A stretch of DNA of 64,000 nt from Mytilus edulis (Eukaryota). The first letter of the stretch is position 1, and the number at the start of each line of letters is the position of its first letter. The notes under the pieces were generated by a model that had not been told where the DNA came from, searched no databases, and saw only the letters and a program-made list of their open reading frames with translations. The DNA lies in assembly GCF_963676685.1 (NCBI RefSeq), contig NC_092351.1, positions 42,594,001 to 42,658,000 on the forward strand. The letters run 5' to 3'. A program made the translations under genes and the position numbers. Positions 47,901 to 61,430 of this stretch are shown piece by piece.

Positions 47901-50249
47901 GTATGTGAACTCGTGTTCTTCTACGCTCAATGATGTCGATTTGATACTTTTCTTGCACAACAAAGTGATTTTTGTTTACAGTTTTGGAATTGCAGCTATA
48001 ACTACCATGTGCATGTCTTTACATCGCCCAAATTAAGTCACTTTGCTCCTTGGACCATTGTCCTTTTTTTGTGTATGTCTGTGTTTCAAATAAAAACAAA
48101 TCAACAGTTTTGAAGCTTATTCATTTTGTTTTACGATGAAAATTAGGTTTCGGTCGCCTAAATATTTTTTCCTATTTGAAATAATATAAAATTCCACTAT
48201 ACCTGTCAACTTTAATAATAACTGATTGCATGCATTTTATGGGAATGTGGACGTATGTTCTTGTTCTTGCTTTATTGAAAAGCGGAAACTGTATTTGCAG
48301 CAAGGACAGATGGTGGCTGTACGGTCGATTTTTTTTTGTACAAAACTAAATCAATCAATCAATCAACCAAATTTTGAGCGTACACTTAAAACAGAGTATT
48401 TATCTAACTACTGAATTAGAAACAGAAACAAAACATGTTTTTGTAAACGAAAATCAATCACATCTTTAAAGCCAAAGAAGAGAAAGAAAAACAAAAAAAA
48501 AAGGTTTAATTGCAGAGACTAAATTTTATACAATTATTGGTATTCCGTGTGAAAATATGTAAGTACAGCAGGGTTATCCTATTTAAATTGGCTCCTTTCA
48601 ATAAACGGCATAACAAATTGTGTCCCGACTTTTGATACAAGAACGCGTTCCATTGAAATCAGTTAGAAGTAGACAAATGTCCCTAAATGCGATAGCAAAT
48701 TGTTTTATTGTATGTTTTAAAATAATGTATTGGCTCAATATAATACGTTCGAATACCTCTTAATGTATCATATATTTGTATGATTCATTTTACACTGGTC
48801 TTTAAAAGACTTAATCTGAGAAAGAAAATAATATTAACGTAGCATCATTAAATGTTATACACCGGATCTATTGTTATACTTCAGTTTCTGAAACACGTAT
48901 AACTTCAATATATCTATTGTATCGTATATCAATAGATTTTGACCACAGGGTATGACAAGCGAGAAACCCCTGCTACCACACCCCGAAATCAGGGTTCATA
49001 TTTATTCCTGACAGTAGATATTTCGTTTTTTTTTGGCCAAAAACATGAACTGAAGTGATAATTTAAAGTGTTCACAACAACTTATCTCGTGTCAAATTAA
49101 AAAATAGTTCAGGAGATCGCATTGTAAAAAAGATATTAAGCATCTATTTGGAAGTAAAAAATATGTTCATTTGAATACCCCTTTGCTTGAATTTTACATT
49201 TCAACACCATATGGCAACTTCTCAAAGACCATACTTTTAAAACACTTTGATGCGCAATATACATAAGTCAATTTCACTTGCTAAACTTTTATGTGCAATA
49301 TAATAAGACAACATCACTTGCTTAAATACGAATTGTTGAATACAAACGACAGCACTCGTTCTGCGTTAATTGAGGTGGCTGGATTTGACACGTTAGGAAC
49401 GCTGATGATGGTGGTTTAGTTTGCCGCAGTAGGGTTGCAGATGGTAATTGCATGTTTTGAAAAAAACGTCCGGTGCTGATGCAACTATCCTCATTTAGTT
49501 TTTCAGGTTTTCGTTTCTGTTGTTATGAGGTCGATTGTATGACCATAATGCATTGCTCCGATGACCAGTTTGCTCCCTTAGAAGCTGCTCCGGATTTCCA
49601 CTCAACTCACTAGTTATAGCATATAAAAAGCGGGAGATTCCTCATTGAGACCACTTTAAAAAAAACTTCGTGCAGATATTGGAAAATTACCTCTTTGCCT
49701 TACGTCTACCCACTTGAGAATCTGAGCTGGTAATTATCCCCAGAATACTACATGAACTACATTTCCTGGAGAACTCAATCGAGATCTCTGATTGGTTGTT
49801 ACGTCAATAAAATTTAATGAATGAACAATTCGGAAATAAATGAAATGATTATTATTTATCTTTCCGGGAAAACAATTAAAAGTACTAATAATGAAATAAA
49901 TAAAAGAACCAAATTAAGTGACACACACACATTACATCACCCCACTTTCCCATAGAAGAGATTTGTCTGCATATCTTGCAGTTTCCATGTGCAAGTTAGC
50001 GCGCGCTGCTATATGAAACTTGTTTTGTGGTGTCGTGTGCAAGAATCTGAACTTTCAACTAATATTTAAACATTTCCCCTCCGGATCATGAAATATACAG
50101 ATAATTTTACAAGCTGAAAAATATTACTCCACATTTATACAAAAATATATCTCAGCCACCACAAACAGCTCCACACTAAAATGTATGTATCTATAAAATG
50201 TGACAGAAAATGGATTTTTAATCTTTATTATCTTATAAAAGGACCTTAT

Positions 50250-51045
50250 TTTTCTTTTATTTAAATGGACACCATCTTCAATCAACACAAATTTTGATGT
50301 CAACCTCTTTAGTGTTCAATCCAATAGAAAATCTTTAAACTCCTTTCGCCTAATCTACCATTTCCTGATTAATATCTGCTCTTCTGCATTCATATACAGA
50401 CATTGAAACTCGAGTTTTCAATCTAGGATCCCCCAAGGGTGACTGGGGTATAGAAATATGGTCACCTGGTCTTCTCCCGCAGTAAAACGCTTGCCGAAGT
50501 AGGGCGTCCGTTTGGCTGTGCGGGATGTATCAAGTTCGCAGTCACGTCCGGTCAGAATGGGGACGTTAAATCCGATGCCTCGTGTAAAGAGAGTGCCACG
50601 CTCTTTGCACGTTAAGAACCCTTGCTACAACTCTTTGAGTGGTCAGTAGGTGGCCTGTTGCAAGGCAAAATTTCTGTCCCTATCCAATATACCCTCATTT
50701 TCCAGTGGCAGTTCGAATTTCCCTGACCATCATCCCAGATGGCCTCTATTGTGACAAGACCTACCTATTGTATTTATTGTGAAAATGTTCTCGTCCTGAA
50801 TATGCATGAAATATTTGCCACTGGACGTTAAGCAACCAACCATCAATCAATCAATCAATCTAGGAAACAACTATTACAACCTTATTTACATTTTTGGACT
50901 TCAAGTATCTTAAGAAGTTTTTAAAAGTATCGATAAAAATATCATATTTAAAAATATGACTATCTATGTCATAACCTCCTATTTGTAATGATATTATGTC
51001 TGGAGAAAAATCAGTGACCAATCTTTGAAAGACCACCTTTACCAT
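50250..51045 (-). pseudogene. SGNH/GDSL hydrolase remnant of the type carried by Ngaro and some CR1/L2 elements, split by a SINE
   Basis: Block III-like PDIISLQIGGYDID and block V EDGVHLN (50259-50279). Confidence 0.75.
50429..50855 (+). mobile_element. Full-length Deu/Nin-domain-like SINE with TSD
   Basis: TSD caatctagga (50419-50428, 50856-50865); same family as 16134-16560; empty site at about 44095-44110. Confidence 0.88.
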
Positions 51046-51171
51046 TCATGATACTGCAACGTAAATGGGTTTTCGTGTGTAAACGTATTTTCCATTCATA
51101 ATATGTCTCATGACATCATACCCCGCTCAGCCGTAAATAAAACGTTACTGGTAGAGAGGGTTATGCCTGTG

Positions 51172-54100
51172 CTTTCGCTCCAGGACTTCTGACAGCATAC
51201 TGACAATACAACGACACAGTAAATTCAATAAATGACAGGTATAAGAAACCTTAATTAAAATGACCAGTGATAACGATTGGCCAAGCAATGTATTTGCTCA
51301 TATAAAAAATGACCAAAATTCATAAAATAGTTTCATATTTAATAGACAAAGACAATTTAAATACATAAATTTCGCGGTATCTCCATGTGAAAATATCAAT
51401 TCAGAATTTCAATACATTTTTGAACTTCCCCTTTTTGGACAAACGATGAGGTGAAAAATACCCATTACAAGTTAACCAATTCAAAGAAGCGTTTGGCCTA
51501 GTGCTATCTAATTGAATAATTAATATGATACTAGAATTTTGAGGTGTCCCATTACTTCAAATATTGAGAGCTGTACACTAGTCATCTCAAACTAAATTAT
51601 TATCCGATCAATCAAGTTGTAACATCAACCTTCCGAGACAAAATAAATATACTCACTGGTTCCCACCGACTTTGTTAGACTAGATCATGAACCTCATTAT
51701 TCTATGACTAGGGAACAAAAATCGATCCAGTAAAAAAAACATCGCATTTATATATACTCGTTTAATTTTCAGTACAACCAGAGCAATGTCTGAAAACGTT
51801 TTTCAATATCATTGACCAGTTCAACACCCAAAACCAAAACATGCGATAATACAAAATTCTATTTCAGACTAAGGCACGAACAATTCCGTAGATTGATGAC
51901 AGTTACTCCAAAATATCCCTCGGATGAACCATATGTCTAAATATCGCTATCAAAATGAACTCCATCTCTTTATAAACCAGAACTCATAAATTATCAAGCT
52001 AGTGTACAATTTCCTCTATTTATTCTGGAACGGAAACGTAAATTAATATTTTAAAACTGTTTGACTACAAGACCGAAAAGAAATATATCAAATGTGAAGA
52101 AATAAATATTTAAGTCCAACATCAAAATACAAAATAAAATGAAATTTAAAGTACAACTTATCAGTACGAAAGTTTTCCCCAATCTAAAGAAATACTGCCC
52201 TGACAAGGTCTGGCCATTGAGTTTCAAGCACGAAAAAAACGATCCCCGCGAAAAAGTAACCGGACAGCTATAGTTATATATAGTATCTAAAAATAGAAAA
52301 GGGGGAATTTACGATGACCCATAAACGTTACAATACCCCCTACCCCGAAAAACAAATCGTCCGCGATTTGAAAACATAGTAAGACAATTTAAAGGACAAG
52401 ACACGGTTGTCTTTAAACAATTGAAAATGTACATTGTATATAATTTTTAATTTTAAAGTCTAAATGTTGATAAATGTCCAAGAAGGTCCAAACAGTGATG
52501 AAGGTCCAAATGGTGACGAAGGTCCAAATAGTGATGAAGGTCCAAACATTTCCATTGATGAAGGCAATTTCTTCATAAACGTTAAACAGATATTTCCATG
52601 CGAATTAAGAATTGGATCCATATATGTCTTTAATATTCTTTTATTCCAACAATGCACAAACACTGAAAAATAATAACTGACAAAAAATAGAATCAAATCA
52701 AATCAAAAAATTCTTTATATTTTTGGAGACACCGACAACCACATGTATTAACATTTTACGTGCAGAGCACGGAGATTGGGGAAGGTAGACATTCCAAATT
52801 AAAGTAATTTCATATACTAGTACATGTAATCTTAAATGAACTAAGGCCAAGCAATTGTATTCGAGAAGATCAGTAGCGATTACATGAGTGTGCTACAAGA
52901 ACAAAATAATTATGTAATTCAACATTATCTCCAATATTTTCTATAAATCAATATATCGAATGCAATGACGTTAAATAAGTGTGTATGATGTGTGTACTAA
53001 ACCCAACTTCAGAAGTACAGTAAGCAAACTATTAAAGCATAAGAAAGATAACAATCACGTACAAATGCTATTCTTTTATTTCAGAGTGCACCCATTTGTC
53101 ACCCATGACTATATTTATATCTATATGTATGCTGCCATACTGTGAGTCTCAGTTCACGTATCAATATTATTCATAGTTCTTCTATATCTAGCTTAAACTA
53201 CTGTACTACCAAAGCTTATGGTAGCGATGTATGGCCAGAGCATAGCTAATACTTTCTATGTGTCTATTATATTCAGGCAGTTTCAACAGCATACTAGTGT
53301 TCAACTGGTCATATGCTTGGGTGAATCATAAAATCATGTATTTACTGTCATGTATATAATTTACATTAATAAGATTAAAAATAATGTATTCGTGGACTTT
53401 TTTTTTGTGCACCCCTAAAATTGGGTTCAGCACACTTTTTCTATATATCATCATCACATGCAATCTACACTGCATTAATTTTTTACCATATACAAATAAA
53501 CATATTCCATCACAAGACACCGTAAATCTATTATGGAAGGCCAACTTTCATCACTAAACTCTCAATAATTTTTACATAAAAAAAAAATATATCCGCGGGT
53601 TACTAACTTTCCAAATCACTTAAGTAAAGTTTAAATTCCTCCCAATAAATACATTTGACTAAGATTAAAGTACATGCTCAGGCAAACTTGACCATTCACG
53701 CAAGACGCAAATCTGCAGTCAATTCATAGAAAAAATGAACATCTGAATTAATAGAATAACCCCGAAAAATGTATTCTAAACCCCTTAATAGTAAATAATA
53801 TATACATGTAATAGATATATTCAAGTATGAAGGTACCGACTGTGTAGAAACAATCCCATATTCACAACAAGTCTATGCAAGGACTTGTAAAAAAAAGAAT
53901 AACTCATACGTAAATTAACAACATAAAACAACCTATGAATGAATATGACTTTTTATAAAAACAATCCACAAATAATCAAATTTGCCAAAATTACAAAAAC
54001 AAAGTTGTCGTACCCCCTATCTTAACGAAGTATCAGTTCATGACACACAATGACTGTAAATAGTCCAAATTCCGTTATTCCGCACATATATAAAATAGTT

Positions 54101-56577
54101 CTTCAGCATAACGCATGCTTGTTGCAGTCAAGAATATAATTCACATGAGTTGGTTCTGACCTTGGTCAGGTGTCAGAACCAACCTTTCAACATACAGATT
54201 GTCCATAGAAATAAATCCATCAATATAAACATTCGACTATAGTTATACTTCGCAGATAAGGAGGCACAACAAATACATACACTGTCGGCAAGGTAAAAAA
54301 AACCATTATGAAATACACTTGTTTTTTATTTTCTTGTAATGAACATAAAATGAATAACAACATTAAGTTACACAGCCGGTAAAAAATTTGACAAGCTATA
54401 CAATTTATATTACAAGCTCAGCCCTCCACTGTCGCTACCGATTTTCTCGAGAGAAAAAAATAAAAGTAATGAGGTGATGAAGTTCGAAAATGATCTAAGT
54501 AATATAAGTTATACGAAAATCGGTTGAAATTCCATTAATAATTACATAATCTGCGAATATCACTGTGCCCCAAGGTAAGAACTGTACTTCATTTTCAGTC
54601 TTTCAATTTATTTTCTTAATATAATTTTAATGAATATTTTCTTTGGGTTTCTGAAATATAACCCTGAAAAATCTAACGGAGGGTCCAATCCCTGCCTCAG
54701 TATGGACCACTCTCACCATCTCTACGTAGATTCGTCGCCTTTCTTCAGTTTGCGGTGGTCTGATTATTACCAAACATGCTACATCTTAGGCATAGACTGT
54801 CTCTGCTGCTCCGTTACAAGAACCACTCTACTAACACGTCCATGATACATCTACTCTGAATCTGCGTTTAAGTGCATTTCATAGTCAAAGTTAAAGTCCC
54901 TGTTTTCAGTTCCTTTTCTGTTTTATAAAATTTTTAGAATTTTTATTTTTTTTGGGAAATTAGTTTTTTGACAGATTTTATAAAATACTCTATTTCTATT
55001 CTCAATTTTATCTATCTTTATCTTTATTCCTTTCCATCAAGGGCGACTTGAGAAACAACTATGGTCACTTGGTCTTCTCCCGACCGGCAGTAAAACGCTT
55101 GCCGAAGTTGAGCAGTCACGCCCGGTCAGAATGGGGACGTTAAATCAGATGCCTCGTGTAAAGAGAGTGCCACACTCTTTCCACGTTAAGAACCCTCTTT
55201 GAGGGGTCCATAGGTGGCCTGTTGAAAGGCAAAATTTCTGTCCCTATCTAATATAGCCTTATTTTTCTGTGGCAGTCCAGATTTCCTAGACCATCTTCCA
55301 AAATGGCCTCTATTATGACAAGACTAGTTCAAATCCATATCATCGATTTCTTTATTTTCCAAATCTATCAATTCCCTTTTCAATTAGAAAACAAAAATCG
55401 TAATATGCATCAAACTTTGTTCTTGGTTAACCAACAGTTTCTTTTAACAAAAAAGTATTTCAAGTTACACCAACTTGTAATAAATATCCATGCACTGTTG
55501 AAGCACGTACGGAATATTTTAATAATGCAAGCAATATTGTAGGATATATTTCATTTTTTTCTCCCCAATAAATAGACATAATATGCATAACTTGAGTGAA
55601 ACTGCAACACTAAAAAACATGCTTATCGAACCAAGCTTTCCAAGTTAGCTTCTAAACATCCAAAAATGTTAGATAAATGTTCCACTTTACCTTACTTTCT
55701 CAAAATATCCGATTCTTTGGGTAGAGGTTCCAAACATATTGTTCCATACATTGGTTTTATATTTTTTCTTTGTCCAGAACAGCCTCTGTTAAATAGTCTA
55801 GCGACTTGATTTGATAGTCCACATCACCTGAGGTGTACGATTTTGTTAAATATTCAGTAGAGAGAATATCATCCTCCAAATATATTTCAAAATCTGTGTT
55901 TTTGTATTGTATAGAAAGTGCACTCACAGTTACCAAAACATATGAAGTGGTTACACCACGATAACAAAATCCTAGTGAATATTTGTTGTTAGTGATGTTA
56001 AATTTGAGGGTATGTGCTTGATGATATTCTCCACCTATTTCACCGTTGAAAACTGCATCATAACTTGTAAAGTATCCTCATTTCCATACATAATTCATCA
56101 TTTGTCCTTCAGTTACTGCAAGGGAATTAGTTCTGGACCCTAGAATGCATGCCAAGACACACGTTTAGAGTCGGCAAGTCAATACCATAGTATGACATGT
56201 TTCTCACTACTGGGAACACCAATTACTACCAACTGGCTGTTTCAACTAAATTTATTTTAAAATATTTCAATGAAAGAATATTGAAGTTATGCAATGTAAA
56301 ATCTTCAGTATACAACCCCGACCAATTCTTACAAAAAGCCTAAAGTTACCTCAGCATTGAACATGCCAATGTCAATTTGACATGGTCATTTTCTTTCCGA
56401 GATCAAACCCTAGATCTTTCCATGTTGAAATCCATTGGGCAATGCGTCTGACTTGAACAAGGACAAATAGTCGCCTGTTTCATGTTATGTCAAATCAATG
56501 TATTACCCTATTATTTGTGGATTTTTTAAAATCAAAATTACGAAGTTCTTTACCTGGTTTCCATGATGAGTTTATTT
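51172..56577. repeat. Segmental duplication block (copy C), direct repeat of 8095-13399
   Basis: Colinear, high similarity, including the minisatellite (52482-52544), hairpin (54149-54183), gag fragment (54700-54885) and deleted SINE (55035-55325). Confidence 0.95.
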
Positions 56578-57149
56578 ACTACCACGTTATGCAAAATGTA
56601 TGCCATTCAAATACACCATTACAACCTACAGTTTTAGGGGTTTATCAGACCCTATGACTGCTCTCTCTCACAAGATAACTTTCTCTAGACATGATATTGG
56701 TTCGGTTCCTCGACTCGCGGCACCTTATCCTTCTGCTGATCTTTTCTTCATCACAGAGTCTGTAATGTGTGGCACTTGGCATTAGTAGGTTGAGTAAGTA
56801 GATTTACGGATGGATCACTCAATCGCATGTGTCCTTGCGAAGCCACAAACAATTCCGATGATAAGTGGATATTTTCATCAGTCTCTATTCCTACCTATAT
56901 CTGTGTTATTCACCATTACCATGATTCATTCTACATTTTAACACTATATGGCAACTTCTCATAGACCATACTTTTTATGTGCAGTATACATTAGACAACG
57001 TCACTTGCTAAAATAAATATAATTGTTTGAATTGTTGAATACAAACGATTGCACTTATTCTGCGTAAATTGTGGTGGCTGGATTGGAAACATTATGAACG
57101 TTTATGATGTTGGTTTATGGTTGAATTTGGTGGTTACTTGTTTTGAAAT

Positions 57150-57725
57150 ACCGTCTGATGCTGGTGCAGCTATTTTCAATTAGTTGCAGGATTTCAGACA
57201 CTTTTCGTTTCTGTTGTTCTGATGGTTGACTGTATGACCATAATGCATTGCTCCGATGATCAGTTTGCTTCCTTCGAAGCTGCTCCGGAATGTTAACATT
57301 AAGCCTTTGGAGAATGATTAGTGTAAAATTCATGTATCTGCCTGCCTTTTTACAACAACTTCAATTTTGTTTTTCCCGACTGGTTGCCTCGAAAACCAAA
57401 CGGTCTTATCTCTATAGCACGCAAGGTCTGGAAATGAAAATATTTATTTGTTCTTTCTAATTGCAACTTTTGGTGTAGGTCTTGAATATGTGAACTGGAC
57501 ACCTATCTGGTTGATGCCTATTTTCAAATTTCTATGCCGTGTGTGGTTCAATAGTCCTGTAGTCAAGTCCTCCCTGTATGTTTTTGACACTGTCTCCCTA
57601 TAAAACAAAACTTGTTTACCGTTATCTTGTTTCCAACCATCAAGTTTTTCAAGCAGAGGTCGCAATGACCTTGACCACCTCGGAGATCAAAGTTTAAACC
57701 TATTGTCAAAAACATGGTATAAAAT
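57150..57725 (-). mobile_element. Crypton-type (DUF3504) tyrosine recombinase C-terminal remnant
   Basis: LNFDLRGGQGH.DL...NGKQVLFYRETVSKTY...PDRCPV...NIPEQLRRKQTDHRSNALWSYSQPSEQQKRKVSEIL. Confidence 0.82.
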
Positions 57726-57959
57726 AGAAAAATTGACACAAATACAAGTGTGTATTTCAAATGGATTTGAAGTTAAATGGAACTTCTTAAGTATGTTCAT
57801 ACTAACACATTTCTTCATTTTTAATGTATAACTCTTGCAGATGTTGATATAGTGTCAGCCTAGCTTGAGTCCGGTTCTTCAGAAAGTTCCATTTTTTTTT
57901 CAGGGGTTAATCCTTCTACTGTGTAAATTTCATGCGTTTTTTAAACGGTCATGAATCAC

Positions 57960-58430
57960 CCCCTGCCTGCATTTTACAGAGAGATGTACTTAACCAAGAC
58001 TCAGTAAATGCCAATATATCGAATTTGTCATATTCAGCTGCAATAGGATCTTGGGAGCTAAACTCTAGATGTTTAAATGTAGGAAAGAAGATTTCGAGGA
58101 CAAATCGTACAACATTTGACAAGTCGTTCGAGTTGATAGAACTATCTGGCGGTGCTTCGTTATAGATGGACATGGGTTTGTTTCAATGCCACCAAGAATC
58201 AGTAATATTTGTAACACAAGTAGTATAAATTTTGTATTATTAGATTTGGGTAGTTTCCCTTGTGGTTCTTCAAAAACCAGATGAATGAATAAAACGAGTG
58301 TTAACACTTGGGGTTTGTTCTTACTGGTAGCTTTTAGCATGATACAAAAAAAATGTCGAGTAAAGAGATAGATACTTTTATTGGAATTGCCGATTCTGAT
58401 GCTATACTGCCTATTGCTCACTCCAATTGT
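57960..58430 (-). mobile_element. 5' part of a CR1/L2-group LINE ORF2: 2A-like motif plus AP-endonuclease start
   Basis: GVSNRQYSIRIG...LLILGGIETNPCP...HLNI.SLAPKI...DKFDILAFTESWL. Confidence 0.8.
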
Positions 58431-58729
58431 ACTGTTACTCCTGTATCAGGGATTGTATCGCACTGAGAAAGGCTAAGTCGTAACAATATACCTATCTGCA
58501 TTTCGTTTTTTTTTAAAAAGAAATGCAGATATATAACAAAAATTGAGCGGAAAAAAAATGGTAAGAACTGAAAAATACAATTAAGAACTTCCATGATATA
58601 TATGGGGAAATGGGTGATATTGGAGGAGATTTAATTATTATGCAGTGGTAATCAATTAGTTTATACAATTGAATAGTAAATCAAAACTAGTCACTATTTC
58701 ACCTTGACACAGTTGATAATTGTTACTTG

Positions 58730-59250
58730 TGTTCTGAGAGCAGGCCGATCTCTGGTGTCCTTTCAGACCACACTTGAGGCAGACGGGTTGTCTGCCCAAA
58801 ACTGTTATCAGTACTGGCCGGTTGTAAACCATCCCTCTATATTGAATCGCCATAAACTGTGACTCGGTACCTCTCATGACACCTTTAAAGGTCCCGGTCT
58901 TCAGTTTAACCATTGTAATCCATGGTCTCCTACAATTGAATACTAGTACCATACCGATCCATCCAATATGTAACCAGTTATTTTTGAAGGTGGAGAGGAA
59001 ACCCCTGTACCTTAAAGTTCACGATTGTCCAATCTATTCTGTCGTTGGAAATGGTTCGGCTCTTTCCATCTCCGAAGTCGTCTGTTTGCGAAGGTGAGAT
59101 ACCATACAGCTCCTTCTCCCGTCTTGTATATAGCTTAATGTCTAGTCTCCAAAAGACCCTCGAAAATGAGATGACCTGTCCCCCTGTATTTACCTTGGCC
59201 TGCTGGAACTTGGCTCTCAGGGTCCTTCTAATCACAAACAGGTGAATGTA
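58730..59250 (-). pseudogene. Tx1/L1 ORF1 (ZCCHC3-like) gag remnant, unit 1
   Basis: RRTLRAKF...IVNFKVQGFPLHL...RPVLITVLGRQPVCLKCGLKGHQRSAC (CX2CX4HX4C). Confidence 0.75.
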
Positions 59251-59555
59251 CTTCAAAATATATCAATAGAAATAAAATAGACAGGTGAGTTAACTTTTGA
59301 CATAGATATAAAAGACAAAGGAATGTAACTTTATAAAGACCAAAGCGTAGTTATATAATACTATTAAATATAAACATATGAAAATACATATATATATAAA
59401 TAATATATCAATATCAAAAATAAAAATGCTATAAACATATGAAAAATACACCTATAAAAGGTTATAAAAGAGTAATCAAATTGAAAGTCCGTGGACAGAA
59501 GGGCAGTTATTTCAGGAGAATAATCAATGTACATACGTCCATAATTCAAGCAAAA

Positions 59556-60240
59556 TTAGTCAACCTCAATCGTTCTAGCACACTTTAAAGGTAGGGCAAC
59601 TGGTCCTGTCCTCGCCAGTTCTTCCTCTTTAACCAACTTCTTCCCATTGTCTTCTTTCTCTTTCTCCGCTGGGTCATTATCCCTCCCCCTCTTTCTGGTC
59701 TTCCCTGACAAGTCCATCCCTTTAGTACCTCGATCCTGGGGCGGATCTTTATTGCTGTCAATACATCGGTCCTCCCATTGACCTTCACTGCTGGAAGGTA
59801 CATCGGCACTCAACTGAGCGCTTTCACCGCTTCCATAATCTAACCCTGCCCTCGCCGAATCTGCATAACTCTTCCTAGTGTTAATAGTGTACTGATGGCA
59901 GGCCGACCTCTGTATGGTTTTGCCATGAACTGTTGCTCTGTACTTTTCATAACTCCTTTTAGGGCCCCGGTCTTCAACTTCAGTCCTTCATACTCCATAA
60001 GTTCCTTCTGTAGTTATATAGCAGTCCCGTACCGCTCTAACCATTTGGATACTAGTTCTTTCCTTAGATGAAGAGGAAACCAATGGACTTTGAATTTGAC
60101 TATTCTATAGTCGATCCTGTCGAAGTAAACGGCACCACTGCCGTTGATAATGGCTCGGCGTTGTCTGTCTCCAAACGTCTCCGTCTCGAGAATACCTTCT
60201 ATGGCTGCGATCACCTGTCCCCGTGTGTTGACTTTCGCCT
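59556..60240 (-). pseudogene. Tx1/L1 ORF1-like gag remnant, unit 2, with charged tail
   Basis: IAAIEGIL...FDRIDYRIVKFKVHWFPLHLRKELVSKWL; knuckle partly deleted (QRSAC kept); tail MSADV...DNGKKLVK. Confidence 0.7.
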
Positions 60241-60379
60241 GATATATATAAAAAATATTTCAATATCAAAAGTAGAAATAATAAATATAAAAGGAGTAAT
60301 CAAAATCAAAGTCCGTAGACAGAATGGCAATTATTTCAGGGGGATATTCAATATACATACATCCATAGTCAAAGCAAAG

Positions 60380-61430
60380 TTAGTCAATCTCTATCGCGCC
60401 AACAAACTTTATCGGTAGGGTAAGTGGTCCTGTTCTCTCCGGTTCCTCTGCTTTCACCAGCTTCTTTCCATTATCTTCTACCTCTTCTTCTGGGTCGTCA
60501 TCCCTCCCCTCTTTCTGGTCGTCCCTGCTACATTCATGTGTTTGCGATACATCGGCACTCAACCGATAGTTATTGGTCGATTTCGCATGTCTGTCTTGTT
60601 GATTTTCAAGGTGTTTTGGCGATGTGTTGTATACGGACCTATCTTCTTCACCTCTGTGACTGTTTTTATCGAATTTTGGTATTACAACGATCCCTTGATA
60701 TATCTATGACCTTCACTGCTATTAGGTACATCATCACTCAGTTGAGTGCCTTCACCGCTACTGGTGGTCAGTACATCAGGCCGCACAAGAGACCCTTCAC
60801 TTCTTAGAAGTTAATCGGGTAGACCTGTTTACCCTTCACTGCTGTCTGTCTGCGGTACATCATCACTCAACTGGGTGCTTTCACGGTTCCTGCCATACTG
60901 ACTTCCTTGGCGTACATCACCCTGGTCGTATTCTTCGGGCACACAGAACGTTGGTGCCCCTTCCCGCCACATTTAAGACGGACTGGCTGCCTGCCTAAAA
61001 TAGTGACGAGGACAGGTCGGTTGGATACCATTGCCCTGTATGGTATTCATATGGCGTTGAACTGGGCCTCGTTGCTTAATTCTCATGGCACCCGACACAG
61101 TCTTTCATTCTCATCTGATCGTATACCATGAAATCCTAATTTAGGTGAAATTCGTGTCGTAACTTCTAAGCCAATCCCTCACAAGCTCTTTCTTCATATG
61201 GAGGGGAAACTAGTGTATCCGAAAGCGAACCAGATAGTCCTTTCGAAACACACTGATCCCTTTTCCTTGCAGACTCTCCAGGTTCCGTCACATAGGACTT
61301 CTACTTCATTGTCGGTAATGAAGGTCACGTACCATTCGTTACCCTCCCGTCTTCTAACTTCCACGTCTATGGCGGCGATCACCTGGCCTCTGGTGTTAAT
61401 CTTAGGTCAGTAGATTTGGCTCTCGAGTTC
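60380..61430 (-). pseudogene. Tx1/L1 ORF1-like gag remnant, unit 3, with charged tail
   Basis: IAAIDVEVRRREGNEWYVTF...RPVLVTILGRQPVRLKCGGKGHQRSVC; tail MSADV...DNGKKLVK. Confidence 0.7.

Larger units (their letters stand above)
43190..49595. repeat. Diverged paralogous block (copy B)
   Basis: Colinear patches match 6780-7385, 11440-11920, 12530-13400 and 14560-15725 in block A, and 50285-51020 and 54550-57290 in block C. Confidence 0.85.

Noticed and set aside
49780-49810. CCAAT plus CRE-like motif as a promoter of the putative cluster
   Set aside because: Short motifs are common by chance and in TE ends; there is no transcript evidence.
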